Source of the DNA: an uncultured delta proteobacterium
GTDB taxonomy: Bacteria; Myxococcota; Kuafuiibacteriia; Kuafuiibacteriales; Kuafuiibacteriaceae
Direction: 5' to 3'
Length of the DNA stretch: 64,000 bases
Assembly: GCA_963803435.1 (NCBI GenBank)
Contig: CAWDML010000009.1
Coordinates: 832,001 to 896,000 of the forward strand
Shown piece after piece: positions 29,144 to 42,045 of the stretch. The stretch's first letter is position 1, and each line of letters begins with the position of its first letter. The position numbers were made by a program, and so were the translations under genes. A model generated the notes under the pieces. That model ran no database searches, was not told the origin of the DNA, and saw only the letters and a program-made list of their open reading frames with translations.

Positions 29144-30676
29144 ATGGTGATTCGCAAGACGGCCACTGGGCCACCGATCATTTCTTTTGAGCCCCTCGCG
29201 CCGCTGGACCCGCGCCTCATCGGACCGAACCCGCTCGCCGCCGACCCGCTCGACGCACCTGCGCCGAAAGGCAAGGCGACCGCGACGGGCCGCGCGCTGG
29301 TGGTGACGCGCTCGAGCGCGCCGGTGGTGACGGCTTCGCCCGCGGAGATCCGCAAGGCCAAGAAGACGCTGAAGCGTGCGGGTTGGGCGACGGACTTCGC
29401 CGGGTATCAGGCGGCGCTCGGGTTCCCGGTCACGGGGGTGCCGGACAAGGCGACGGTGAAGGCGCTGACGAGGACGGCGCATCAGCTCGACGACGGTGTG
29501 ATCGCGCGAGGCCAGCGCGGAAAGAAGGTGCGTCGCTTGCAATCCGACTTGCGGGCGGCGGGCTATCCGGTCGAGAGCGTGAACGGCGTCTTCGACGGCA
29601 GGGTGGATCGTCCGGTGCACATGCTGCATCAGGCACACAAGGAGCTGAAGAACGACAGCAAGGTCGTCGGCGGGCGTGCGCGCGGGCTCCTCAGAAAGGA
29701 CGTCCGGCGAAGGAACCGGGCGCCCGACCGCGTTCGCGTGCGCGACACGCCGGCACACAGGCTCGCGGAGCGCCGCGCTGATGGGGCCGCCCAAAGCGGT
29801 ACCGGCGTGGGGGATGAAGGGCCGTCCGTCGCGTACTTCAAGCAGCACCTGAAGATCCTCGGCTATCCGATCAAGAAGGCGACACCGAAGTTCACGAACT
29901 ACACGAGAGGCGTGGTGGAGGCGTTCCAGCACGACCACGGCCTCGCGGTGACCGGGCGGATCGATACACCGACCTGGACCGAGCTGCGGAAGGCGAAGCT
30001 CGAGGCGAAGAGCGCGACCAGCCCGCCGATGCGCGTCGGTGAGAAATCACCGGGCGCGCTCAGGCTGGAGAAGGACCTCCGAACGCTGGGCAAGCTCCCC
30101 AAGAGCGCGGTGGACGGCGTGATCACGAAGGCCACCATCCGGCGGGCGGATCAGGTCTTGAGGGCTCACGGGCACAAGCCGAGCGGTGGGACGATCGGCG
30201 CGCGCGAGGTGAAGCAGATCCACCAGGCGGCCAAGAACGTGTTGCGGCGGCCGGTCGACTTCCGTCTCACTCCGGTCTCCGAGTTTGCGATTCCCGATCC
30301 CGAAGGGGCGCCGTCCTCGCACGGAGGGCGCTTCCACGCCGCCAAGGATTGGTTCGCGCCGGCGCACACGAAGGTGCGGGCGCCGGTCGCAGGCCGGATC
30401 GTGGACGTGCAGCCCTCCCTGGTCCACCGCGGTCAGGTGTTCGGCGGTGTCGTCAAGGTTCAGGCGCGCGACGGAAAGGTCTGGGTGTTCCGCCACGTCG
30501 ATCCGGGGAACGTCCACGTGGGACAGCACGTGGACGCGGGGCAGCGGATCGCTCGAGTGACGGACTGGCTCAGCGGGCCGGACCACACGCACGTCGAGCT
30601 GTGGAAGACCTTCTCCGGGGGATACCGCTACGAGAACATGATCGATCCGATGAAGTACCTGAAGCGCTTCCTCTGA
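29144..30676 (+). CDS. peptidoglycan-binding repeat protein with C-terminal M23 metallopeptidase
   Basis: PG-binding repeats (YQAALGFPVTG; LQSDLRAAGY; VEAFQHDHGLAVTGRID), M23 motifs HAAKD, VRAPVAG, HVGQHVDAGQRIA, HTH. Confidence 0.85.
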   Translation: MVIRKTATGPPIISFEPLAPLDPRLIGPNPLAADPLDAPAPKGKATATGRALVVTRSSAPVVTASPAEIRKAKKTLKRAGWATDFAGYQAALGFPVTGVPDKATVKALTRTAHQLDDGVIARGQRGKKVRRLQSDLRAAGYPVESVNGVFDGRVDRPVHMLHQAHKELKNDSKVVGGRARGLLRKDVRRRNRAPDRVRVRDTPAHRLAERRADGAAQSGTGVGDEGPSVAYFKQHLKILGYPIKKATPKFTNYTRGVVEAFQHDHGLAVTGRIDTPTWTELRKAKLEAKSATSPPMRVGEKSPGALRLEKDLRTLGKLPKSAVDGVITKATIRRADQVLRAHGHKPSGGTIGAREVKQIHQAAKNVLRRPVDFRLTPVSEFAIPDPEGAPSSHGGRFHAAKDWFAPAHTKVRAPVAGRIVDVQPSLVHRGQVFGGVVKVQARDGKVWVFRHVDPGNVHVGQHVDAGQRIARVTDWLSGPDHTHVELWKTFSGGYRYENMIDPMKYLKRFL

Positions 30677-30681
30677 GCTGA

Positions 30682-30714
30682 GAGCCGATCGGCTACCTGG
30701 GAACCGATCGGCTC
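30682..30714. terminator. 11-bp perfect hairpin after the M23 gene
   Basis: GAGCCGATCGG-N11-CCGATCGGCTC, 5 nt after the stop codon. Confidence 0.5.
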
Positions 30715-30746
30715 CCGGCGGGGGTGCCCGGCGGGCGTCCGGCACC

Positions 30747-30762
30747 TGGAACGGACGTTGCT
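30747..30762 (+). promoter_or_regulatory. sigma54 -24/-12 promoter
   Basis: TGGAACGGACGTTGCT, near consensus; ATG 30775 is 14 nt after the -12 C. Confidence 0.75.
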
Positions 30763-30774
30763 GCTTCCACCGAC

Positions 30775-31461
30775 ATGCGTGTTGTCACTTCGAGCATCCT
30801 GCTCTCAACGGCGTTTGCAAGCCAACTTGCGTACGGCCAGACGGTGATCGAGTACGGCGACGAGCGTCCGCGGCATGGGGCCTGGAACGTGATCGCGGGC
30901 GGCGTCGCGGATCGCGGAGACTTTCTCGAGGGCGAGCTGGGCTTCTCGATGGTCAGCGCCGCCTATCACCATTCGCTGAGCAGCCGCGTGACGCTCGGCG
31001 GGATGGCAGGCTTCGACTATGCGTACTGGTCGCCGGACGACGTGGCCGGCGCTGCGCTCCTCCTGGGTGCGCCCGTGCAGATCGGTCTGCACGAGACGGC
31101 GAGGTACGGCTTCACCATGAAGATCGTCCCGGCGCTGTATCTCGGGTTCGATCAGGAGCACTCGAACGAGTTCATTCCTGGATTCGCCCTCGATTTCGGG
31201 GTCAGCGGCGGCTACAAGATCGATCCCCGCGTGATCATCGGCGCCGGCGTGGACGTCCCGCTGCTCATCGGTGTGCCCACAGGCAACCGCGAAGCCTTCG
31301 TGGCCATCCCGATCCTGATCGGGCCGATGGCCGAATGGCACGTCACCCGCGATCTGGCGTTCACCGCCGACCTGCGCATGGGACCGCACGTGGTGACCGA
31401 CGATTTCTACGGCACGCGCTTCGGGGTCCGCTTCCTGCTGGGGCTCGACTTCCAGCTGTGA
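30775..31461 (+). CDS. small outer-membrane beta-barrel-like protein
   Basis: Signal peptide MRVVTSSILLSTAFASQLAYG, amphipathic strands, ends FLLGLDFQL. Confidence 0.65.
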   Translation: MRVVTSSILLSTAFASQLAYGQTVIEYGDERPRHGAWNVIAGGVADRGDFLEGELGFSMVSAAYHHSLSSRVTLGGMAGFDYAYWSPDDVAGAALLLGAPVQIGLHETARYGFTMKIVPALYLGFDQEHSNEFIPGFALDFGVSGGYKIDPRVIIGAGVDVPLLIGVPTGNREAFVAIPILIGPMAEWHVTRDLAFTADLRMGPHVVTDDFYGTRFGVRFLLGLDFQL

Positions 31462-32784
31462 GCGCCGCGCGATCGGCGAGAACAGACCCGGGAGCAGTCC
31501 GCCGGCGACCAGGAGGACCACCAGCGCGGTCAACGCCAGGCGCTCCCGGAGCGTCAGCTGCATGGCGTGCGACGAGCGATCGCGCGCCCCACAGAACGAG
31601 GACAGGTACATCCGGAGCACCGTGATCCCGTTGAGCGCGGAGGCCACCAGCACGATGTAGCCCAGAACGGGGAAGCGGGCGGTGGCACCGGTGACCAGGA
31701 GCTCGGCGCCGACGAAGCCGAGCGTGCCGGGAAAGCCGACGCCGGCCAGACCGAGCAGCAGGAACGCCGCGGCGAGGAAGGGCATGCGGTCGTGCCCGCC
31801 GGCCAGGAACGACATCGGCAGGGCTCCGCGCCGCGCCTCGAGGGCCGCGACCGTCATCGCGAAGCCCGTGAGGGAGAGGCCGGTGGCGAGCCACGCCACC
31901 AGCGCGCCCGAGGTCCCGGCCGGCGAGCCGGAGTCGAGGCCCACCAGGACGAGCGCCGACTGGCTGAGGAAGACGTAGCCGAGCGCGCGCCGCTTGCTGT
32001 CGGTGGTGAGCCCGACGGCGGCGCCGTACACGGCCGTGAGCAGGCAGGCGGTCCCGACCACCTCGAGCAGCACCGGCGGCGAATTGGGAAACAGCACGCG
32101 GGCGGCGGCGTAGGCGCCCAGCATCGGAGCGGAGAACCCGATCGCGGCCGGGATGGGCGCGTGCTCGTACAGGCGCGGGATCCAGACGTGCAGCGGCAGG
32201 ATGCCCTTGCGCGCGAAGATGCCGATCGCCACCAGCGCGATCCCGAGCGAGGCGCGAGGCTCGAAGTGGAGAACGATGGTGCCCCCCAGCATGGCTGCGG
32301 CCGAGATCCCGGCAAACCAGGCGAACACGCGGGCCGACGCGAACATGCGAAGCGAGATCAGCTCGCGGATCAAGGGCACGGGGGCGAGGCCGAGGCAGAG
32401 CGCGAAGAGCACGGGGCTCTTCACCGAGAGCGCCGTGAGGACGATCGCCTCCGCCCACAGCGTGCGGCTGATGGCCTCGACCCGCGTGGTGGTGCGGGGA
32501 AGCGTTTGGAGGATCACCGTGTAGACCAGCGCCGCGAAGGGGAGGAGCCAGCCGTTGAAATCATCGATCTCGACCTCGATCGAGAGGAAGGACGCGGTCG
32601 CCGACCGCGCGGGCGTGGTCAGGAGCGCGAGCGACGGGACCAGCGAGATCCCGAGGAGCGCGAGCGCCACGATCACCGCGGTCCGCTGCGCGGTCGCGAA
32701 GGCGCGGATCCGCACCACCGACAGCGCGGCGCCCGCGGCGACCACCACGGCGATGAGCGGCCACGGGAGCGACAGCTCAAGCAT
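31460..32784 (-). CDS. NuoM/MrpD-like proton-conducting membrane subunit (3' end uncertain)
   Basis: RKGILPLHVWIP, GFPGTLGFVGAEL, many TM helices; coupled to dabB. Homology ends near 31460 while the ORF runs on antisense through the next gene, so the real stop was probably lost to an indel. Confidence 0.75.
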
Positions 32785-34068
32785 CGGGGTCTCCGAGCCG
32801 ATCACAAATCCACCGGTCGATGGACTCGAAGGCGCGCATGGCGCGGGTGAATGGACGCTGGGCGTAGCGCACCAGGAGGTCGTCGAGGTCGGCGCGTCCG
32901 AGCGCGAGCCGATAGAGGCGGCGCTCGAGGGACGCGGGCAGGACCCGGAGCAGGAGCGGCGGCGAGAGCCGCGGATGGGCGCCGATCGCGTTGGTGAGGG
33001 CGCGGACGTCGGCGATCAACGACGGGGCTCGGAGGAGCTCGAGCGAGCGCACGGTGGCATGGGCGACGATGTGGACCAGCGCCAGGGTTCGGAGGCCAGC
33101 GCCAATCTCGGCGAGAATGAGGCCGATCTGCGTGAGTGATGCGTAGGCGAGGGCCGTCTTGATGTCGGGCTGCGTGCGGCTGATCAGGGTGGCGGTGCTC
33201 GCCGTCAGCAGGCCGACCCCGACGATCGCGATCGACGCGGCCGGCGCCTGATCGAGGACCGGACCGGCGCGGAGCAGGAGATACGCACCCGCGTGGACCG
33301 AGAGCGCGCCGTAGAAGATCGCGCTCGAGGGCGTGGGGCCCTCCATCGCACGGGCCAGCCACCCGGAGAACGGGAGGAGCGCGCACTTCCCCATGGCCGC
33401 GAAGAGCAGGAGGAATCCGACGGCCTCCGCCTGCGCCCGGGTGATCGCGGCGGCGTTCAGGGCGTCGAAGCTCCCGGTGCCGAGGGCGTGATGGATGACG
33501 ACCGCGGCGGCGATCAGACCGAGATCGGAGATGCGGTAGACGACGTATACGAACAGGCCGTTCCGCACGGGCTCTGGGCGATCGTTGAAGAAGGCGACCA
33601 GCAGGGCCGAGGCGAGTCCGACCATCTCCCATCCCGCGATCACCACCTCGATCGCGCCCGCCAGGACGACGAGCAGCATCCCGAACACGAACACCGAGAA
33701 GAGGAGGAAGAACCGCTGGTAGCCGGGCTCGCCCCGAAGGTACCTGAGCGCGAAGCTCGCGACCACGTAGGCGAGCGCCGTGGTGAAGCACGCGTAAGGA
33801 ACGGAGAGCCGGTCGAGGATGAAGTCGAGCTCGAAGCGGTACGTGCCGGCGGTGAACCAGTCGCCGAGGTGGAGTGCCGCGCGCGGCTCGCCGGTCGAGA
33901 TCATCACGGCGATCGGCGCCGCGAAGCAGAGGAACGAGACGCCGATGGAGAGGTGCACCGCGATCCGGAGCGCGCGATCCGGCAGAGGGCGACCGATCAG
34001 CAGCGCCCCGGCCACCACGAGCACCAGGAGGCCGGGGAGGAGCAGCCCGAGGAGCACCAAGCCCGCGT

Positions 34069-34072
<4 letters not shown>
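32777..34072 (-). CDS. dabB: DabB-like (NuoL family) membrane subunit of DAB inorganic carbon pump
   Basis: LDRLS, GWEMVGLASALLVAF, YRISDLG, GKCALLPFSGWLARAMEGPTPSSAIFYG, HAGAYLLLR; ATGA overlap with dabA. Confidence 0.82.
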
Positions 34073-36920
<2,848 letters not shown>

Positions 36921-37057
36921 CCGCAGAGTGGCTCGGGGCGAGGCATACGCCCAATCTCACGGCGGAGTCACCAGGCTGCAATCTTTCGATCTCGGAAGGA
37001 CGTCGGTTCGGGAGGATTGAAGTTGACGGGGGCTGATCCCTCAGTCGAAGGAGGTCT

Positions 37058-38953
37058 ATGGCGAGCGAGCCGCGCGGACAGCAGCAACTCCTGTTCGGCC
37101 ACCCGGTCGGCCTTTACACCCTCTTCTTCGCCGAGATGTGGGAGCGCTTCTCGTACTACGGGATGCGCGCCCTGCTGATCTTCTACATGACCAAGGGCTT
37201 CCTGGGCATGAACGACGGCAAGGCGTACGCGACGTACGGCGCGTACACGGCGCTGGTCTACGCCACGCCGTTCATCGGCGGCATGCTGGCGGATCGGCTG
37301 CTCGGGGCCCGGAGGGCCGTGGTGCTGGGCGGTCTCCTGATGGCGGCCGGTCACCTCATGATGACGATCGAGAGCCAGTGGGCGTTCTTCCTGGCGCTCG
37401 CGCTCCTGATCGTGGGCAATGGGTTCTTCAAGCCGAACATCTCCACGATCGTCGGCTCGCTGTATCCGGCGGGCAACGAGAAGCGCGACGGTGGCTTCAC
37501 GATCTTCTACATGGGCATCAACCTGGGCGCTGCGATGTCGCCGCTGATCTGCGGCTACGTCGGCGAGACGTTCGGCTGGCACTATGGTTTCGGCCTGGCC
37601 ACCATCGGCATGCTCACCGGCGTGGCCGTGTTCGTGGCGCCGCTGCGGCTGACGCAGGTCCTGATCATGGGCGGCGCGCTCGCCACCGGCGGATCGCTGC
37701 TGTTCCTCCAGAACAACGTGTATCAGCTGGCCGTGAACGGCTTCGTGGGCCTCTCGCTCGCCACCGCGGGTGTGATCGCGTTCGTGGCGCTGGCGCGCGG
37801 CGGTCTGCCGGCAGAGGCCGGGCGTCCGCCCGAGTCGGCCAAGGGCAAGGCGGTGTGGCCGGTATACGTGGGCGCGTTCGTCTCGCTCCCGCTGTTCATC
37901 CTCTTCGTCTATCAGAGCAGCATCGCCGGCGTAATGCTCTTCGTGTTCGGGCTCGGGGCGCTGGGCTGGATCCTCTTCGAGGCCATCCGCAGCGAGAAGA
38001 TCCACCGCGATCGACTCTTCGTGGTCCTCATCCTGATGTTCTTCTCGATGCTGTTTTGGGCCTTCTTCGAGCAGGCCGGCAGCTCCATCAACAACTTCAC
38101 CGATCGGAACGTCGATCGGGTGATCGACTCGAGCCAGGTCACGCAGGCCGACGTCGGTCGGACCATCGAGATGCGCGTCCCGCTCGAGACCTCGGAGGCG
38201 GACATCGAGAAGCTGCCGGCGTTGACGCAGGAGCAGCTCGGCTACTCCAACGATGGCGGTGCGCCCTTCACCATCAGCGAGATGGGTGCGCTCCGGACCG
38301 CCGCGGTCGACTCGGCGCCGCGGGACAAGAAGGTGATGGAGTGGAAGGTGGACAGCAGCAACGTCGGCATGGGTGTCGGCGGTGCCGAGATCCCGGCGTC
38401 GCTGTTCCAAGCCGCCAATCCGATCTTCATCATCATCTTCGGTCTGATCTTCACGGGTCTATGGTCGTTCCTCGGCGCGCGCGGCTTGGAGCCGAGCACG
38501 CCGGTGAAGTTCTCGCTCGGCTTGCTCCAGCTGGGGCTCGGCTTCGCGGTGCTCTGGTACGGCGCGCACGTCTCCGACGCGCGCGGGATGGTGGGCCTAT
38601 CCTTCCTCTTGCTCGGCTATCTCCTCCACACGACCGGCGAGCTCTGTCTGTCGCCGGTGGGTCTGTCGATGGTGACCAAGCTCTCGCCGGCGAAGATGGT
38701 CAGCACCGTGATGGGCGCGTGGTTCCTCGCCACCGCCTTCTCGCAGTACCTCGCGGGTCTGATCGCGCAGCTCACGGGTGTGAACGGCGAGGAGGGGGCC
38801 GCGCAGACGATCCCGGTCCCGGCGGAGACCGTCCATCTCTATGGCGACGTCTTCGGCCAGATCGCGGTCATCGCCGTGATCTCCGCGGTGATTTGCTTCG
38901 CGCTCTCGCCCTTGCTCAAGAAGTGGATGCACCTGGAGGCGGATCAGAACTAG
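37058..38953 (+). CDS. POT/PTR family di-/tripeptide:H+ symporter
   Basis: AEMWERFSYYGMR, GGMLADRLLG, GNGFFKPN, FYMGINLG, GELCLSPVG; strong AAGGAGGT RBS. Confidence 0.95.
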   Translation: MASEPRGQQQLLFGHPVGLYTLFFAEMWERFSYYGMRALLIFYMTKGFLGMNDGKAYATYGAYTALVYATPFIGGMLADRLLGARRAVVLGGLLMAAGHLMMTIESQWAFFLALALLIVGNGFFKPNISTIVGSLYPAGNEKRDGGFTIFYMGINLGAAMSPLICGYVGETFGWHYGFGLATIGMLTGVAVFVAPLRLTQVLIMGGALATGGSLLFLQNNVYQLAVNGFVGLSLATAGVIAFVALARGGLPAEAGRPPESAKGKAVWPVYVGAFVSLPLFILFVYQSSIAGVMLFVFGLGALGWILFEAIRSEKIHRDRLFVVLILMFFSMLFWAFFEQAGSSINNFTDRNVDRVIDSSQVTQADVGRTIEMRVPLETSEADIEKLPALTQEQLGYSNDGGAPFTISEMGALRTAAVDSAPRDKKVMEWKVDSSNVGMGVGGAEIPASLFQAANPIFIIIFGLIFTGLWSFLGARGLEPSTPVKFSLGLLQLGLGFAVLWYGAHVSDARGMVGLSFLLLGYLLHTTGELCLSPVGLSMVTKLSPAKMVSTVMGAWFLATAFSQYLAGLIAQLTGVNGEEGAAQTIPVPAETVHLYGDVFGQIAVIAVISAVICFALSPLLKKWMHLEADQN

Positions 38954-38962
38954 AAGGTCCGC

Positions 38963-40027
38963 ATGAAGCGGGCTCTCACCGTCCTCCTGCTCCTGCTCGT
39001 CGCCGTCCTGCTCTACCTCTTCCTTTGGCCCATCGGCGTCGATCCGGTGGCGTGGGAGCCGCCCGCGTTCGATCCCAGCGCGTGGCAGCCCACCGGCACG
39101 GTCGCCGCCGCCGAGCGCTTCGCGGTCCCCGGCCACGGGCCGGAGGACGTCGAGCTGGATCGGGAGGGGAGGAGCTTTTTCGGTCTCGACGACGGTCGGA
39201 TCATGGTGATCGACGCCGCCGGAAAGGCGCCGCGCACGCTGGCCGACACCGGCGGGCGCCCGCTCGGCCTGGCGTGGGCCAAGGACGGCCGGCTGGTGGT
39301 GACCGACGCGGAGAAGGGCCTGCTCGCGGTCGATCAGGCGGGACGGATCCGCGTCCTGACCGCCACCTGCGCCGGGACCCGTATGGTGTTCACCGACGAC
39401 CTCGACATCGCTGCCGACGGCACCGTGTACTTCAGCGACGCCAGCTCCAAGTACGGGCGCAACGAGTGGAAGCTCGACATCGTGGAGAACCGTCCCAACG
39501 GACGGCTGTGCGCGTGGGATCCGCGGACCTATCAGACCCGGGAGGTGCTGCGCGACCTCTACTTCGCCAACGGTGTCGCGATCGATCCGGCGCAGCAGTT
39601 CGTGCTGGTCAACGAGACCTCGCGCTATCGCGTGCGCCGGATCTGGATCGATGGCGACAAGAAGGGGAAGAACGACGTGTTCATCGAGAACCTGCCCGGC
39701 TTTCCCGACAACCTCTCCACCGGGAGCGGGGGCATCTTCTGGATCGCGATCGCCTCACCCCGCAATCCGCTGCTCGACGCGCTGGCCGGCTCACCGTTCT
39801 TGCGCCGCGCCATCCTCCGCCTTCCCGAGCTGCTGCAGCCCAAGCCGGAGAGGACGGCGCGGGCGCTCGGCGTGGACGCGTCCGCGCACGTGCGTGCGGA
39901 CCTGTTCGATCCGAACGGCGAGAAGGTCTACATGGTGACGTCGGTGGTGGAGCGCGCGGGGCAGCTCTACTTCGGAAGCCTCCAGGACAGCGGCTTCGCG
40001 CGGATGCCGCGGCCGGAGACTCACTGA
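38963..40027 (+). CDS. strictosidine synthase-like / SMP-30 beta-propeller protein
   Basis: GPED, GRPLGL, TDDLDI, YFSDASS, LYFANGV, NLPGFPDN. Confidence 0.9.
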   Translation: MKRALTVLLLLLVAVLLYLFLWPIGVDPVAWEPPAFDPSAWQPTGTVAAAERFAVPGHGPEDVELDREGRSFFGLDDGRIMVIDAAGKAPRTLADTGGRPLGLAWAKDGRLVVTDAEKGLLAVDQAGRIRVLTATCAGTRMVFTDDLDIAADGTVYFSDASSKYGRNEWKLDIVENRPNGRLCAWDPRTYQTREVLRDLYFANGVAIDPAQQFVLVNETSRYRVRRIWIDGDKKGKNDVFIENLPGFPDNLSTGSGGIFWIAIASPRNPLLDALAGSPFLRRAILRLPELLQPKPERTARALGVDASAHVRADLFDPNGEKVYMVTSVVERAGQLYFGSLQDSGFARMPRPETH

Positions 40028-42009
40028 GCCGGCGCGGTGTTCGGCCGGGGGACGCCGCCGCGCTGCATGGCGAGCTCGACGGGCGTCAGGTATCCGGGCC
40101 GCTCCGCCTTGAGGGCGCGGTCCGAGAGGTAGCTGGCGGCCGCCCACATCGCCGACACCGTCCAGCCCTGGATCTTCATGGGCGTGAGCTCGATGACGCG
40201 CTTCTGGCCGTCGGGCCCCTCTTCGATCACTTCCTTCGGCGGGATGCGCATGCCGGCGTCGCCCGGGATCCACTCGGGTGCCGGGAAGCCTTGCGTCTTC
40301 GCATCGGCGCACGCGGTCAGGATGCCGGTCATGAGCGACTCGGCCTTCGCCTGAAAGTCGTCGGCCTTGGCAAAGAGTGCGCGGGCGCCCTCGACGTCAC
40401 CGGCCGCTTCTCTACGCTCGGCCGCGTCGCGGGTGTTGTTTGCTTGACGGAGCACGCCGTGGGCGATGGCCATGTTGTCCGTCGGCCAGATCGAGCCGTT
40501 GTGGTAGGCGAGCGGATCGTAGCGTTCCGCCTGGTTCGACATGGTGCGGATCAGGCCGAACGGGCCGACCATGTCGGGCGCAAAGAGGCGGTCGATCAGA
40601 CCGTCGCGCATCTTCAGGATCTCGGGATCGTCGGTGTCGAAGAGCCGGCTGTCGAGGAGTCGCCCCGCGTTCGACTTGATCCAGCTCGAGCGCTGGACCT
40701 GTCCGTCCTCGGCGATCTGGATGGTGTGCGCGAAGGTCTCGAAGCGCCCGTCGTGGTGGATCGCGAAGTCGCGGAAGAAGCGATCGCGAAGCTCGGCGGC
40801 CCGGGTGCGGAGCTCGCGGGCGACGGAGAGCGAGTCGCTGGTGCGCTGACCCTTCGGGCCGGGATTCTGCTCGAGCATCTCGGCGGCCGCGATCAGCGCG
40901 TCGTACGCCTGGCCCTGCACCTCGACCGGGAGGTAGGGAGCGCTGTGGAAGGCGGAGTTGCCGCTGTCCATCCAGACCTGGTTCTCGATCCCGCGGTGGC
41001 CCAGCATCTTCTGGTTCCAGAGGAAGCCGCCGCCGCGCGGATCCTCGAGGCGGCCCACGATCCATCGCGTCGCCTTGAGGATCGACTCGCGCACCGTGAC
41101 GGGCGTGCGGTTCGGATCGACCTTCTCGTTGAGGCTCATCGGCAGCTCGAGCAGGCTCGATTGGGGGTAGAGCGAGAGGAACCGCCACGCCGACTGGATG
41201 AACCCGGGACTGCTGTCCGTGGCGCCGTAGTACGGAAAGCCCCAGCCGCCGGCCTCGAGGTCGCTGCCCCGGGCGTCGTCGCGATTCTCGTGGAGGATCC
41301 GGCCACCCTCCTCCTCGCGGCGGAAGCGCGTCATCAGGGTGTCGATCAGATCGACCATGGCCAGGCGGGTGGCGTCACCGTTCAGCGCGCCGTGCCCTTG
41401 GGAAGCCATCTTCGCGCCGAGCAGGGGGTGGACGCGCTGCAGGCGTGTGGAGGCCGGCTGACCCTGGAGCGAGGCGAGCCGGACCACGACGGCGCGAAAG
41501 AGATCGGGGAACTCGTGGCCGAGGTCGCGCGCGATCTGGATGCTGTCGCGCCCGAAGTCGCAGTCGAAGTGGCCGCCTACCGAGGCGCGCGGGATCCCGC
41601 GGTTGCCGATGTGGTCGAGGTCGTTGACGCGATGGAGATCGGCGAGGAAGTCCGAGAGCTGTTCGAAGTCGACGCCGATCTCGGCGCAGATCCGATCCAT
41701 CGTCTCGAGCTTGGGGGACCAGGGCGAGAGATCGATCTCGGGTGCCGCCGCCATTCGATCGCGCTCCACGGCGCGGACGGCGCGATCGAGCGCGGCGCTG
41801 AGCGTGCTGCGCCGGGCCGGGCCGCTCCCGGTGCCGTGGCGCATCGACTCGAGCCGATCGAGCTGGCGCAGCGTGGGGGCTCCGTCGAACCCCAGCGCGG
41901 CGAGGGCGTGGGCGACCTCGTCGTCGGTGCCCCTCTCGAGGGCGGTCCGGGCCTGCTCGAGCGCGGTGTAGAGGTTCCCTTCAGCGAGGGGATGCGTGCG
42001 GGTCTCCAC
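40021..42009 (-). CDS. amylo-alpha-1,6-glucosidase / glycogen-debranching-like (alpha/alpha)6 glycoside hydrolase
   Basis: FGRDS, GRILHE, PYYGATDS, NQVWMDS, VEVQG, SNAG, YHNGSIWP, QGW. Confidence 0.8.
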   Translation of the reverse strand: METRTHPLAEGNLYTALEQARTALERGTDDEVAHALAALGFDGAPTLRQLDRLESMRHGTGSGPARRSTLSAALDRAVRAVERDRMAAAPEIDLSPWSPKLETMDRICAEIGVDFEQLSDFLADLHRVNDLDHIGNRGIPRASVGGHFDCDFGRDSIQIARDLGHEFPDLFRAVVVRLASLQGQPASTRLQRVHPLLGAKMASQGHGALNGDATRLAMVDLIDTLMTRFRREEEGGRILHENRDDARGSDLEAGGWGFPYYGATDSSPGFIQSAWRFLSLYPQSSLLELPMSLNEKVDPNRTPVTVRESILKATRWIVGRLEDPRGGGFLWNQKMLGHRGIENQVWMDSGNSAFHSAPYLPVEVQGQAYDALIAAAEMLEQNPGPKGQRTSDSLSVARELRTRAAELRDRFFRDFAIHHDGRFETFAHTIQIAEDGQVQRSSWIKSNAGRLLDSRLFDTDDPEILKMRDGLIDRLFAPDMVGPFGLIRTMSNQAERYDPLAYHNGSIWPTDNMAIAHGVLRQANNTRDAAERREAAGDVEGARALFAKADDFQAKAESLMTGILTACADAKTQGFPAPEWIPGDAGMRIPPKEVIEEGPDGQKRVIELTPMKIQGWTVSAMWAAASYLSDRALKAERPGYLTPVELAMQRGGVPRPNTAPAQ

Positions 42010-42018
42010 CTTCGTGGG

Positions 42019-42045
42019 TTATCGGCGACGACCCAGGGTGGTTGC
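42019..42045 (-). promoter_or_regulatory. sigma28 (FliA/WhiG)-like promoter
   Basis: Minus strand GCAAC-N14-GCCGATAA; -10 identical to the FliA consensus. Confidence 0.65.

Noticed and set aside
29144-30676. Prophage endolysin
   Set aside because: No holin, spanin or phage structural genes nearby.
30805-31460. Long C-terminal extension of the NuoM-like ORF
   Set aside because: It is the antisense read of the outer-membrane protein gene; the stop was probably lost to an indel.
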